Below, piece by piece: positions 48,878 through 58,506 of a stretch of 64,000 nt of DNA (position 1 is its first letter; each line of letters opens with the position of its first letter). A program made the translations under genes and the position numbers. The DNA comes from Ostreococcus lucimarinus (taxonomy: Eukaryota), in assembly GCA_000092065.1 (NCBI GenBank), contig CP000583.1. The stretch is one strand, 5' to 3'. Under the pieces are notes generated by a model that was given only the letters and a program-made list of their open reading frames with translations, was not told the origin of the DNA and made no database searches.

Positions 48878-50242
48878 CTAAGCCCCAATCTTTCCCTTGT
48901 AAAGATCGAGGAAAACATCCGCACCCCACACGGGTGATCCATTCGCACCCGTATCGAGTTTTGCGAGGTCCGAACCCATCGTCATCGCGGCATCTAAAGA
49001 ATCGGGATCGCCGGCTTGGTCGGGCGACAGCAAGAGCGCCGTCAAGCCGACGATGATGAAAATCGGCGCCGCGATGGCGCTCGCCAGCACGGCGTAAATC
49101 ACCGATACGTATTCTTGCTTGGACAACACCGAGGTGGTGTCTCCCATCTGTCGCTGAAAGCTTTGCCATTCGAGCTCGATGAGAACGTCCAGGAACCAAG
49201 ACGTTTCATTTTTCCCCGGCGGCGAGAGAGTGTTGTAAAACATGTTCACCGCCGTTTCTTCCGCTAGTTGCTCCCACTCCGCTTCCTCTTCTTCGGGCGT
49301 CTCGGGGAAGAAGTCGTCTCCAGATTGACTTCCAGGCTCGGGATCGGTGCGAAAATCAATCCTGTCCAAGCGACTGGCGATGAGGCCGTCCCTGTTCACC
49401 TTGTATGTCGTTCTCCCAAAGAGTCGGAAATTCAAGTCGGTTCTGGGTTCCTTCCCGTCCGCCACCGTCGCCGTCGCCGGGTATCCCGGTGCAACCTTCT
49501 CCCCGTACTCACCTTCCACGATCCTGCGAACTGCGCCTTCGTGCATGGAACCGAGCAAGAGATTACTAAACTTCTTGCCAAATCGCGCGCCCTCCCACAC
49601 CGCCGTCCACTGAATGAGCAACACCCCCGGCTCGATCGAGCTCGCTCTTCGCGTGACAAACTTGAACCCCTTCAACGCCGACTTCGTCGCATCGCTAAAG
49701 TGTTCCATGAGCTCTCGATACTCGTCCAATCCGCGCACGGCGTGCACGTCGTTGTCGTACTCGACGTTCGCCGCGAACGCCTCCCGCCCGAGCTCGCGCA
49801 GAAACGGATCTCTCTCGAACCCCTCGCGCAATCTTTGCGTCACCGCGATCTGCCGTTCCAACGACGATCCTTCTTTCGACGATCGCGCGGACGTCGACGC
49901 GCGATCACCTCCCCGGTCGCGCTCGCTCGCGGCGTTTCCCTCGCGATCGTCCCGCTCGCCCGCCGTCCCGCTCGCCGAGCTCTCGCGGCGAACCCTCCGC
50001 CTTCGCGCGTCGTCGCCTCGCATCGCGCGCGCGACGCGCGCGTTCGCGAGCGTTCGCGTCGCCCGCGTCGCGCGCGCGCGTCGCGCGACGCGCGCGGTCG
50101 TCGCCGCGGGCGCCGCGTTCGTCGCGCGCATGTCGTTATGCCGACCGCGACGGCGTCGGGGCGCGCCTCCGCGCGAACGGCGCGCAAACAGTCGGGCGCG
50201 CGCGCGCGGATTTATGATTTCCACGCGCGCGCGGCGCGTCAT
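48878..50242 (-). CDS. Hypothetical membrane protein with an NTF2/SnoaL-like (DUF2358-like) domain and one C-terminal TM
   Basis: The track start at 50320 is TTG. ATGs at 50242 and 50131 ('MRATNAAPAATTARVARRARATR', transit-like). Central non-repetitive block 'VEYDNDVHAVRGLDEYRELMEHF...LLIQWTAVWEG...TYKVNRDGLIASRLDRIDF'. TM 'VIYAVLASAIAAPIFIIVGLTALLL'. The family call is by eye only. Confidence 0.55.
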   Translation of the reverse strand: MTRRARVEIINPRARARLFARRSRGGAPRRRRGRHNDMRATNAAPAATTARVARRARATRATRTLANARVARAMRGDDARRRRVRRESSASGTAGERDDREGNAASERDRGGDRASTSARSSKEGSSLERQIAVTQRLREGFERDPFLRELGREAFAANVEYDNDVHAVRGLDEYRELMEHFSDATKSALKGFKFVTRRASSIEPGVLLIQWTAVWEGARFGKKFSNLLLGSMHEGAVRRIVEGEYGEKVAPGYPATATVADGKEPRTDLNFRLFGRTTYKVNRDGLIASRLDRIDFRTDPEPGSQSGDDFFPETPEEEEAEWEQLAEETAVNMFYNTLSPPGKNETSWFLDVLIELEWQSFQRQMGDTTSVLSKQEYVSVIYAVLASAIAAPIFIIVGLTALLLSPDQAGDPDSLDAAMTMGSDLAKLDTGANGSPVWGADVFLDLYKGKIGA

Positions 50243-50422
50243 CGACGTTTGAATCGCCGAATGCGAAAGAAATGAAAATCGGCGAGAAAATCGATGCGCG
50301 CCGAATGTCCGAACGTACAATTAGGGCTTTCCGACGAGGGCTTTGCGATCGCGCGCGGCGCGCGATCCGTCTCTCCGCGACGCCGTCGACGCCTCGCGCG
50401 CGCACACACGAACGCGAACACG

Positions 50423-51295
50423 ATGGCTCCTCAAATGTCCCAAAAAGAGGCCGACATCGCGATGATGCTCGCCGCCGGGTGCCACCTCGGGACGAAGAAC
50501 GTGGACTTCCAAATGGAGCGCTACGTGTGGAAGCGACGGGCCGACGGGATCCACATCATCAACCTCGGACGGACGTGGGATAAGCTCATGCTCGCCGCGC
50601 GCATCATCGTTGCGTGCGAAAACCCGCAGGATGTGATCTGCCAAGCGGCGCGCCCGTACGGTCAACGCGCGGTGTTGAAGTTTGCGCAATACACCGGTGC
50701 GAAAGCCATCGCGGGTCGTCACACGCCGGGGACGTACACGAACCAAAAGGACGCGATTTTCGCGGAACCGCGCGTGTTGATCGTCACCGATCCGCGCACG
50801 GATGCGCAGCCTATTTCTGAGACCGCGTACGTCAACTTGCCGACGATTGCGTTCTGCGACACGGATTCTCCGTTGAAGAACGTCGACGTCGCCATTCCGG
50901 CGAACAACAAGGCGAAGCACTCGATCGGTTGCTTGTACTACTTGCTCGCGCGCATGGTTTTGCAAATGCGAGGCACGGTCTCCGCGGCGAACCCGTGGGA
51001 CGTGATGGTGGATTTGTTCTTCTACCGCGATCCGGAGGAGCTCGAGGCCAAGGAAGAGGAAGCCGCCGCCGCGGCGGCGGCTCCGGCGGAATCCGCGGGT
51101 TACAACGCCGTTGCGGACGCCGCGTACGGCGCCGAGTCTTGGGACGAGCAAAAGCCGGCCGAGGCGTTCCCGACGGGTGGTTTCGCTCCGGCTGCGGGTA
51201 ACTGGTCCGAGGCGCCCGCGCCCACGGGCTGGGATGCTCAGCAAGGTGGTGACTTTGGCTCTGGCTTTGGCGCGATGCCGCCGCAAGGCTACTAA
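50423..51295 (+). CDS. RPSA: 40S ribosomal protein SA (uS2)
   Basis: In-frame ATG at 50423 ('[26 protein letters not shown]'); 290 aa. '[15 protein letters not shown]', '[14 protein letters not shown]', '[13 protein letters not shown]', '[10 protein letters not shown]'. Eukaryote-type acidic/Ala C-terminal extension. Confidence 0.95.
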   Translation: MAPQMSQKEADIAMMLAAGCHLGTKNVDFQMERYVWKRRADGIHIINLGRTWDKLMLAARIIVACENPQDVICQAARPYGQRAVLKFAQYTGAKAIAGRHTPGTYTNQKDAIFAEPRVLIVTDPRTDAQPISETAYVNLPTIAFCDTDSPLKNVDVAIPANNKAKHSIGCLYYLLARMVLQMRGTVSAANPWDVMVDLFFYRDPEELEAKEEEAAAAAAAPAESAGYNAVADAAYGAESWDEQKPAEAFPTGGFAPAAGNWSEAPAPTGWDAQQGGDFGSGFGAMPPQGY

Positions 51296-51538
51296 GTCTT
51301 CGTTTGAATGCGAAAGTCATTCTTTCGGTGAAGCGCGCCGTCGTCTCGACGGCGACGCGCGGCACACGAGCTCGTTTGGTTGGTGATACACGCGGCATCT
51401 AATTTCTAGGCGGCGGAATAGCCAGCGCGAGCTAACATAACACGTTTTTGTAGTACGAACGTAGTTTTCTTCACAACGACGTCCCTCGCCGACGCGCCGA
51501 CTCTAATCGATCGCTAACCGATCTCTACCCACACAAAC

Positions 51539-51964
51539 CTACCCTCGCTCGTTCACCGACCGCGCGATATCCGCGATCGCCACGTCGAACAACTCACACC
51601 GCACCGGCATCTCCACCTCGTAAAACGGATTCTTCAGCGCGTAGTCGCAGTACGCCCGGTGCGTCCTTCGCAGCGTCCCGCTCGCGTCCGCGCTCCCTTT
51701 CGTCATCGTCACGAATATCTTCATCCCCGTCTCCGCTTGAAAGCAATACAAATCAAACGTATCGCACTCCAGGCTCTCTATCCCCGCGCACCCCGTCACC
51801 GGCGCCACCTTCCTCGAGATCGCGTGCAGCGAGTGCCACACGCTCGCCAGGCGCAGGCACGCGTTCGCGTCCAGCGTCGGCGCGTCCTCGCGCAGCGCGC
51901 GGTGATAGATCAGTCCCCCGGACTTGTTCACGAGCCACACCGCGAGGAGCTTCCCGGTCGCCAT
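51539..51964 (-). CDS. TRAPP complex small subunit (Bet5/TRAPPC1, sybindin-like family)
   Basis: In-frame ATG at 51964 ('MATGKLLAVWLVNKSGGLIYH'); 141 aa. 'LECDTFDLYCFQAETGMKIFVTM' and 'YALKNPFYEVEMPVRCELF' fit the Bet5/Trs23 longin-like pattern. Confidence 0.8.
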   Translation of the reverse strand: MATGKLLAVWLVNKSGGLIYHRALREDAPTLDANACLRLASVWHSLHAISRKVAPVTGCAGIESLECDTFDLYCFQAETGMKIFVTMTKGSADASGTLRRTHRAYCDYALKNPFYEVEMPVRCELFDVAIADIARSVNERG

Positions 51965-52158
51965 CGGTCCGCGCGCCGTCGTCGAGCGCGTCGCGCGCGC
52001 GTCGCGCGCTGGGGCGACCGCGGCGACCGACCGCGAATCCGCGCGGATCCGCGGCGCGCGAAAAACCCGCGTGTGCGCCGCCGTCGACGGCGACGGTTGC
52101 CACACGCGCGCGCGACGAGGCGCGACGACGCGCGAGCGACGACGCGCGGGCGAACGCG

Positions 52159-53439
52159 ATGACGGGCGCGATCGATGCGATGACGCGAGCGACGGCGCGC
52201 GCGGTGACGCCGACGACGGGAAGCGCGACGCGAAGGATGCGATCGGGACGCGCGATGCGCTTTTTGAATCGACCGCGCGACGACGCGGGCGCGAACGAGA
52301 CGCGAGGAGGGCGCGCGGTGGCGCGCGCGGGCGCGAGACCGGGCGCGGGGAATCGGTTGTATAACTTTTCGGCGGGACCGGCGACGCTGCCGTTGGACGT
52401 GCTCGAGGAGATTCAACGGGACTTGGTCGATTATAAGGGCAGCGGGATGAGCGTGCTGGAGATGTCGCATCGAGGGAAGGATTACATGGCGATCGCGGAG
52501 AAGGCGGAGAAGGATCTGCGAGAGTTGGTTGGAATTCCTGATAACTATAAGGTGCTGTTTTTGCAAGGCGGGGCGTCGACGATGATGGCGTCTAACTGCC
52601 ATAACTTGGCGGCGGCGACGGACAGCGCGGATTTCGTCGTCACCGGGGCGTGGAGCGTCAAGGCGCAAAAAGAAGGGGCGAAGATGCTCGCGAAGGCGAA
52701 TGTGATCGCGTCGTCTAAGGATCAGTCGTTCACGACGATTCCGGACGTTAAGGACTGGAAATTCACCGAAGGATCCAAGTTTGTCCACATCTGCTCCAAC
52801 GAAACCATCGGCGGCGTCGAGTTCAAGGAAGTCCCGGACGTGGGCAACCGCGTGCTCGTCGCGGACATGTCTTCCAACTACTTGTCCAAGCCGATTGAAG
52901 TTGAAAAGTACGGTATCATTTACGGTGGCGTGCAAAAGAACATCGGTCCGGCGGGCATGGGTATCGCCATCGTTCGCGAAGATTTGATGGGCAACACTCG
53001 CGCGGATACCCCGTCCATGTTCGATTACAAGCTCATGGCTGACAACGACTCCATGTACAACACCCCGCCGTGCTTTACGTGGTACGTCTCTGGTCTCGTC
53101 TTCGCCAAGCTTCTCAAGGATGGTGGTCTCAAGGCGATGGAGCAGCGCAACATCGAAAAGGCGAATGTTTTGTACGGCGCCATCGACGGGAGCGGCGGCT
53201 ACTACGTCTCCCCGGTTGACACCAAGTACCGTTCCTTGATGAACGTCCCTTTCACCTTGGCAGGAGGTGAAGAATTGGAAAAGAAGTTCCTCGCCGAAGC
53301 CAAGGCTGAGGGCTTCGAGGCGCTCAAGGGTCACCGCTCCGTTGGAGGCGCGCGCGCGTCCATTTACAACGCCATGCCCAAGGAAGGCGTCGAAGCGCTC
53401 GTGTCCTTCATGAAGGATTTCCAAGCTCGCAACGCGTGA
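52159..53439 (+). CDS. serC: Phosphoserine aminotransferase (SerC/PSAT), plastid-type presequence
   Basis: ATG at 52159; 426 aa. 'YNFSAGPATLPLDVLE', 'MSHRGKDY', 'CSNETIGGVEF', PLP-Lys region 'YGGVQKNIGPAGMGIAIVRED', 'GHRSVGGARASIYNAMP'. Confidence 0.95.
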   Translation: MTGAIDAMTRATARAVTPTTGSATRRMRSGRAMRFLNRPRDDAGANETRGGRAVARAGARPGAGNRLYNFSAGPATLPLDVLEEIQRDLVDYKGSGMSVLEMSHRGKDYMAIAEKAEKDLRELVGIPDNYKVLFLQGGASTMMASNCHNLAAATDSADFVVTGAWSVKAQKEGAKMLAKANVIASSKDQSFTTIPDVKDWKFTEGSKFVHICSNETIGGVEFKEVPDVGNRVLVADMSSNYLSKPIEVEKYGIIYGGVQKNIGPAGMGIAIVREDLMGNTRADTPSMFDYKLMADNDSMYNTPPCFTWYVSGLVFAKLLKDGGLKAMEQRNIEKANVLYGAIDGSGGYYVSPVDTKYRSLMNVPFTLAGGEELEKKFLAEAKAEGFEALKGHRSVGGARASIYNAMPKEGVEALVSFMKDFQARNA

Positions 53440-53471
53440 TTTACGAAGGATGAAATTTTGCTACAGATTAT

Positions 53472-54650
53472 CTAATACAACGCATCTACTTTAGTGCCAC
53501 GCACCCACCACGGTTCGAACGCTCGAATGATCGTGCCGCTCGGGCCGAGCGCGCAGTCGCGCTTGATGTGCATCTCTGAGGCTTGCAAACCGAGATATTC
53601 GCTCGGTTTCTGCACCCTCACCTCGCCATCGTCGCCCGGAGCGCGGTACAGCGTCTCACCTACCAAAGGAGCACTCAAAGCCGCGAATTGCGCGCGAATT
53701 TGATGCGTTCGTCCGGTTAAGAGTTCCACCTTTGTCTCCCATCGCGCCGGGGCGATGTTTTCGCTCTTCAACACTCGCAAAATACAGCGCTTCGGCCCAC
53801 TCACGCCTCCCCGCTCGCCACCACCGCGTTCTGCCGATCGTTCTATTTCACCATCGATGTCGTCGGTGTCGACCTTCGTCATGATCATCTTTCGCGGACC
53901 CTCGGTCGCCGGCTCGGCGTCGTGGATGTGAACGCCGCGAGGCACGGCGTTCTCCGTCAGCACGCGATACACCTTGGTGACGCTCCTGTCCGCCAACATA
54001 TCACCGAACTCCTTCGCAAAGGCACTCGTCGTACCGAGCACTAAAACCCCTTCCGTGCCGACGTCCAAGCGATGAATCGGCTTTAATGTTCCCTCCTTCA
54101 GACCCGCGGCGCGTTCGAGCATCGCCAGACACGATTCCTTGACGTTATCGACCGTCGGCACCACGCTCACGCCCGCCGGTTTATGCGCACAAACGTACCC
54201 CTCACCCACTTTCAACACGCACGCCTTCCAATCGACCGCGAACGCCGCCGGAAACCGCTTCGGTTGCACGTGAACGCGAAGATAGTTGCCCGCCCGCAGC
54301 GGCGCATCCGCGTCGCGAGGCGACAACCGCCTCGCGCGCGCCGTTCTCGGCACCCCTCTCAGTTCCCTCGGCGGCTGCGCCGTCGCGAACCACACCGCAC
54401 CGATGTCCAACAACTCTTCGGCGTACGTCTCGTCCACGCCCTCGTCCCCGAGCGTCTTCGCGAGGTATTTCGTCACCGTCAGCGCCGTCCCGGTCCCGCC
54501 GTCGTCGTCCACGACCAGGTGCGCCACTTTCGCCGGCAGAGGCTCGGCGAGAGGAAACAACCGCAGCGCGCACGCGCGCGCCGACATCGTCGCCCTCGAC
54601 GCGCGTCGCAAAGCCACCGTCGCGCGTCGCAAGGCCAGCGCGATGCGCAT
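53472..54650 (-). CDS. RluA-family pseudouridine synthase
   Basis: The upstream ~230 codons of the track ORF are antisense of rsmE. ATG at 54650 ('MRIALALRRATVALRR'), giving 392 aa. Catalytic 'IHRLDVGTEGVLVLG' and 'LLTGRTHQIRAQFA'. Confidence 0.85.
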   Translation of the reverse strand: MRIALALRRATVALRRASRATMSARACALRLFPLAEPLPAKVAHLVVDDDGGTGTALTVTKYLAKTLGDEGVDETYAEELLDIGAVWFATAQPPRELRGVPRTARARRLSPRDADAPLRAGNYLRVHVQPKRFPAAFAVDWKACVLKVGEGYVCAHKPAGVSVVPTVDNVKESCLAMLERAAGLKEGTLKPIHRLDVGTEGVLVLGTTSAFAKEFGDMLADRSVTKVYRVLTENAVPRGVHIHDAEPATEGPRKMIMTKVDTDDIDGEIERSAERGGGERGGVSGPKRCILRVLKSENIAPARWETKVELLTGRTHQIRAQFAALSAPLVGETLYRAPGDDGEVRVQKPSEYLGLQASEMHIKRDCALGPSGTIIRAFEPWWVRGTKVDALY

Positions 54651-54746
54651 GGGACAAAAAGTGCTTTTCCGCAAATGTTCGCGCGCGCGAATGACGCGCT
54701 GACGCGAGCGCCGCCGGCGCGAAAGCGCGTCGAACGATGCGTGACG

Positions 54747-55580
54747 ATGCGTAATCGCATTCTCTTCGAGCGCGCCGAGATCGACGCCCGAACGCGGACG
54801 GTGACGCTGCGCGCGGACGACGCGCGCGCGACGCACGCGCGAGAGGTGCTGCGAAGCGACGTCGGCGACCACGTGCGCGCGGGAACGATCGACGTCGGCG
54901 CGTGCGAGGCGACGATCGCGACGATGGATGATGATGAAATCGTGCTGAAGCTCGGAGACGACGCGCGCGGACGCGGGAGGCCGGAGATCGACTTGTTGCT
55001 CGCGACGCCGCGGCCTAAAGTTTTGAGGCGGCTGTGGGCGCCGCTCGCGTCGCTGGGCCTCGGTCGTGTCGTGCTGGCGAACGCGCAAAAGGTGGAGCGA
55101 TATTACTTTGATAGTAAAGCGTTGGACGCAGAGACGATTCGTGGGGAGATATTGCGCGGTTTGGAGCAGGCGGGGGATTTTTTGGTGCCGCAAGTGGGCG
55201 TGGCGATGCGGTTGCCGCCGGTCGTGGACCGGTTGAAGGGCGCTTTGGGGAATTCGAGCGTCACGAATGGGTTCGAGTGGTTGTTGGATGGACCACGTGA
55301 GCTCGGTTGGGATGAGTTCGACGCGGCCGATGTGCGCTTGCTGGCGCATCCAGGGGATTCTGGGACGAGCGTGGCGGAAGCGTTGGAGGGCGTCGACGCG
55401 CGGCGCTCGCGCGTGCTCATCGCCGTCGGACCCGAGGGCGGATGGACGGATTATGAGCTCGATTTATTCGAGGGCGCCGGGTTCAAGCGCGTTGGCCTAG
55501 GAACGAGAACATTTACCACGGACGTGGCGTGTATCTCGCTCGTGAGCGCGGTTCGAGAGCGGTTGCAGTCGTGGTCGTGA
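54747..55580 (+). CDS. rsmE: RsmE-family 16S rRNA (m3U) methyltransferase (SPOUT, DUF558)
   Basis: In-frame ATG at 54747 ('MRNRILFERAEID'); 277 aa. 'HAREVLR', 'IDLLLATPRPKVLRRL', 'IAVGPEGGWTDYELD', 'VGLGTRTFTTDVA'. Confidence 0.85.
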   Translation: MRNRILFERAEIDARTRTVTLRADDARATHAREVLRSDVGDHVRAGTIDVGACEATIATMDDDEIVLKLGDDARGRGRPEIDLLLATPRPKVLRRLWAPLASLGLGRVVLANAQKVERYYFDSKALDAETIRGEILRGLEQAGDFLVPQVGVAMRLPPVVDRLKGALGNSSVTNGFEWLLDGPRELGWDEFDAADVRLLAHPGDSGTSVAEALEGVDARRSRVLIAVGPEGGWTDYELDLFEGAGFKRVGLGTRTFTTDVACISLVSAVRERLQSWS

Positions 55581-55624
55581 AATGACTAGAATTGACGACT
55601 ACAAATTAGATAGCGCACTTAGGC

Positions 55625-56380
55625 TTAGGACATCGAAAAGACGATGTACAGCGTGTAAAGCATCATGCAAGGATACGTCACGATCATGCGTTTGCCCTCC
55701 GACTGCGGCATCGCCTGTATCAACCCCACGCTCGCCTTTCTCGAGCTCCACGTCACGCAGAGCACCGCGAGCGCCTTGCTCAACATCCCAGTTTTCGAAG
55801 GTAAAAACAGCACGATCCCACTGTACCCCACCACGGGCAGCAGCGCGTAGCCTAAAATACTCCCGCACCGGTTCAACCCGATCCCTTCCCCTCCGCCGAT
55901 GATTTGGTTCAACAACCAGTACATCCCGAGCGACGCGAGCGTGCTCCAACCCAAAATGTACCCAAAGTGCAACTTCCCCGCCAGTAAGTTACACGCGCCC
56001 ATGACGAGACAAAACAACAGCGGTCCCGCGAGATCTTCATCCGTGCTATCCTCGACCCTGAACGGATGCATCACACCCATCGTCCGACGATAAATCTGCT
56101 TCGGATCCACGCCGAGTTCCTCGAGCAACGGCACCTCGTCCTCGACGTGCGCGTACGACCCTCCCACGTCGCCGTCGCGCGCCCCGAACCCGAACCCACC
56201 GCCCTGGTGTCCCGAGCCGTGTCCACCACCCCCCCCGTACCCGTGCGAGCCCGAACTCGTCGCTCGCGGCGCGTACGCGTCGTAGTTCGGGTACGCCTGC
56301 GCGCGATTAAAATCCATAAACTGCATGTTCGCGTTCGCGCCCTGCGCGCCCTGCGGCATCGGTCGCGGTATGTCCGCCAT
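55625..56380 (-). CDS. Yip1-domain (YIPF) Golgi/ER membrane protein
   Basis: The track start at 56464 is TTG. ATG at 56380 ('MADIPRPMPQGAQ'), giving 251 aa. Gly/Tyr-rich cytosolic N-terminus, 'PLLEELGVDPKQI', then five hydrophobic segments ('DLAGPLLFCLVMGACNLL...'). Confidence 0.8.
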   Translation of the reverse strand: MADIPRPMPQGAQGANANMQFMDFNRAQAYPNYDAYAPRATSSGSHGYGGGGGHGSGHQGGGFGFGARDGDVGGSYAHVEDEVPLLEELGVDPKQIYRRTMGVMHPFRVEDSTDEDLAGPLLFCLVMGACNLLAGKLHFGYILGWSTLASLGMYWLLNQIIGGGEGIGLNRCGSILGYALLPVVGYSGIVLFLPSKTGMLSKALAVLCVTWSSRKASVGLIQAMPQSEGKRMIVTYPCMMLYTLYIVFSMS

Positions 56381-56587
56381 ATCTCGCCGTTCCGTCGCGC
56401 GCGCGTCCGCGTCGCCCGAGACGCGCGTCGCGGTCGCCCGTCGCGCGTCGCGGTGCGTCGCCAACGGGACGCGGCGCGCGCGTCTCGGGCGACGCGAGTC
56501 TCACACACGGACCACGACGCCCGCGACCGCGCGCGGTCTCCTCGCGACCCGCGCGCGCGTTCTCTTCGCGACGCGCGCGACGCGAAC

Positions 56588-57243
56588 ATGGTGCGTGACC
56601 TCGAGCGAGCGACGAAAGACGACGCGAGCGCGAACGACGCGCGCGCCGGTGGCGCGCGACGGCCGGGACGCGCGTCGGGCGGACGCGCGCGGACGGAACG
56701 ACCGCGGACGAGACGCGGCGATCGCGACGACGCGCGCGCGCGTTCGAGGGCGGTCGCGCGCGATGCGATCGTCGCGCGCGCGGTCGGCGCGCGCGGATGA
56801 AGGGTGGATATCGTGAATTCGACGCCGGCGCGGCGCGCGGCGGCGACGGCGGCGGTGGGAGGGCGACGGGCGGGCGATGGGGGGGCGCGGCGCAAGCCCT
56901 AGAGTCGACGACGGCGCGAACGCGACGCGCGGAGGACTGACCGAGACGTTTTATCGACGCAGCCGTCCAACAAGACTTTCAAGGTGAAGAAGATTTTGGG
57001 GAAGAAGCAAAAGCAAAACCGCCCGCTTCCCCAATGGATCCGCATGCGCACGGGTAACACCATTCGGTACGTACGCGTTTAGGTTTTTTCGCGCGACGAG
57101 CGCCGACGAGTCGCGCGAACGACGCGATCGATGACGCGATTTTGACGACGACGACGCGCGAGTACTGACGATGATGATGTGTTCGTACGCGCAGCTACAA
57201 CGCGAAGCGTCGACACTGGAGACGCACCAAGCTCAACTTGTAA
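56588..57243 (+). CDS. RPL39: 60S ribosomal protein L39 (eL39); 3 exons: 56588-56590 (ATG only), 56963-57066, 57195-57243
   Basis: Not in the ORF track. The spliced product '[51 protein letters not shown]' is exactly 51 aa, the canonical eL39 length and sequence pattern. Confidence 0.9.
56591..56962 (+). other. Spliceosomal intron (RPL39 intron 1, 372 nt, GT-AG), directly after the start codon
   Basis: 'gaacATG|gtgcgtgacc' is the only ATG-plus-consensus-donor combination upstream. There is no in-frame ATG between the upstream stop (56900) and the exon. Acceptor 'tcgacgcag|ccgtcc'. Confidence 0.7.
57067..57194 (+). other. Spliceosomal intron (RPL39 intron 2, 128 nt, GT-AG)
   Basis: Donor 'attcg|gtacgtacg', acceptor 'tacgcgcag|ctacaac'. 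Phase 2; recreates 'TIRYNAKRR'. Homology-supported. Confidence 0.9.
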
Positions 57244-57591
57244 GCGAGCGCGGTGGGATTTGTGTAGACGAACGAGCAGAGTCGTGTTCGACGTCGGCGC
57301 TCTCGAGCGGAATAGCGTTCTGTAGTGGAACTCGCGCGAGGGCACGAACGGAGATGAGACGAACATCGCACGTAACTTAGCGATTTAAGAAGCAGAATTA
57401 GTTCTTCCTCATCGCGTCGCGCGACGCCGACGCGTCCGCCCGCCCGCGCCGTCGTCTCGTCCCCCGAACGCGCCCTCGCGCGCGCGACGACGTCACGACG
57501 CGCGCGCGACCGCACTCCCATCACTCGCAGTATTATTTCGTATTATTTCAATCTTCATCCATCGCGATCCCGCTTCGCGCGCGATCTCGTC

Positions 57592-57924
57592 TCAACCGTC
57601 GGCGCCTTCGCTCGCGCATCCGTCCCCCTCCCGCGTCGACGTCGCGTCCCCCTCGCGCGCGCCTCGCTCGTCCGGTTCCCTCGCGCTGTCCTCCGTCGTC
57701 CCCTCCCCCATCGCGCGCCCCTCGCTCCTCGTCGCCGCCGTCCCGCCCGCGTCCCGCCGCCGCGCCTCCTCCGCGCTCTTCCGCATCGCCCAATCCGCGC
57801 TGTCGAAGTGTTTCACGTCCGTCGCGATCAACCGCGGTTTCGGTCGCAGATCGTCGCCGTACTTCGCCCTGAACGCGCGCTCCGCCTCCGTCGCCGCCGT
57901 CGCCGCCGTCGCCTCCCGCGCCAT
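57592..57924 (-). CDS. Endosulfine/ARPP-19-family small protein (putative PP2A-B55 inhibitor)
   Basis: These are the last 110 codons of the 811-aa track ORF. ATG verified at 57924. 'MAREATAATAATEAERAFRAKYGDDLRPKPRLIATDVKHFDSADWAMRKSAEE' matches the ENSA core layout ('..KAKYP...KP......K.FDSGDY.M'), with variant 'FDSADW'. Confidence 0.65.
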   Translation of the reverse strand: MAREATAATAATEAERAFRAKYGDDLRPKPRLIATDVKHFDSADWAMRKSAEEARRRDAGGTAATRSEGRAMGEGTTEDSAREPDERGAREGDATSTREGDGCASEGADG

Positions 57925-58089
57925 GTCGCGCGTCGCGCGATGCGCGCGATCGCGCGACGCGCGCGCGGCGCCATCCGACGTGGCGGGGCGCGCGCGACGG
58001 ATTCGCGCCGCGCGACTGTTTGCGCATACGACAGAGGGTTCGTCTCGAGTCGCGAACGGTCGACGCACGCGCTCGCGCCGGCGCGCGCG

Positions 58090-58147
58090 AAACGACGAAT
58101 CGTGACTCGTGACTCGATAAACGACGAATCGTGACTCACGACTCGAT
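58090..58147. repeat. 29-bp tandem duplication carrying TGACTC(A) motifs
   Basis: 'aaacgacgaatcgtgactcgtgactcgat' (58090) and 'aaacgacgaatcgtgactcacgactcgat' (58119). A perfect palindromic 'tgagtca' follows at 58178-58184. Confidence 0.85.
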
Positions 58148-58506
58148 GGCCGGCGTCCATACGTACCCCCCGACTCTTGAGTCACGATCGGTCGTTTCAC
58201 AACCCTCGACACGAGGCTCGAATCCGCCGGCGTCGACGTCCGCGCGCGACGCGCGACCGACCGCGCGCGCGACGCGAGATCGCGGCGCGTTCGCGCGACG
58301 AGCGACGCGCTCGAGCGCGTCGACGTCGGCGTCGCGCGCCGAGCGAAAGCGCCGCGCGCGCGCGCGAACGCGGCGACGCGACGGACGCGAATCATCGATC
58401 GCGGGCGTCGATCGCGCGATTCGTCGCGGCGATCGATCGACCGATCGCGGGCGCGGACGCGCGCGAAGACGCGCGGGAGGGCGCACGCGCGGGCGCGGGA
58501 CGCGGG

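Noticed and set aside
56591-56962. Possible intron-hosted snoRNA in the long RPL39 intron ('ggatgaagg' ... 'ggactgacc').
   Set aside because: The putative C box does not match RUGAUGA, and no terminal pairing or guide-like region is evident. It is left only as something to scan computationally.
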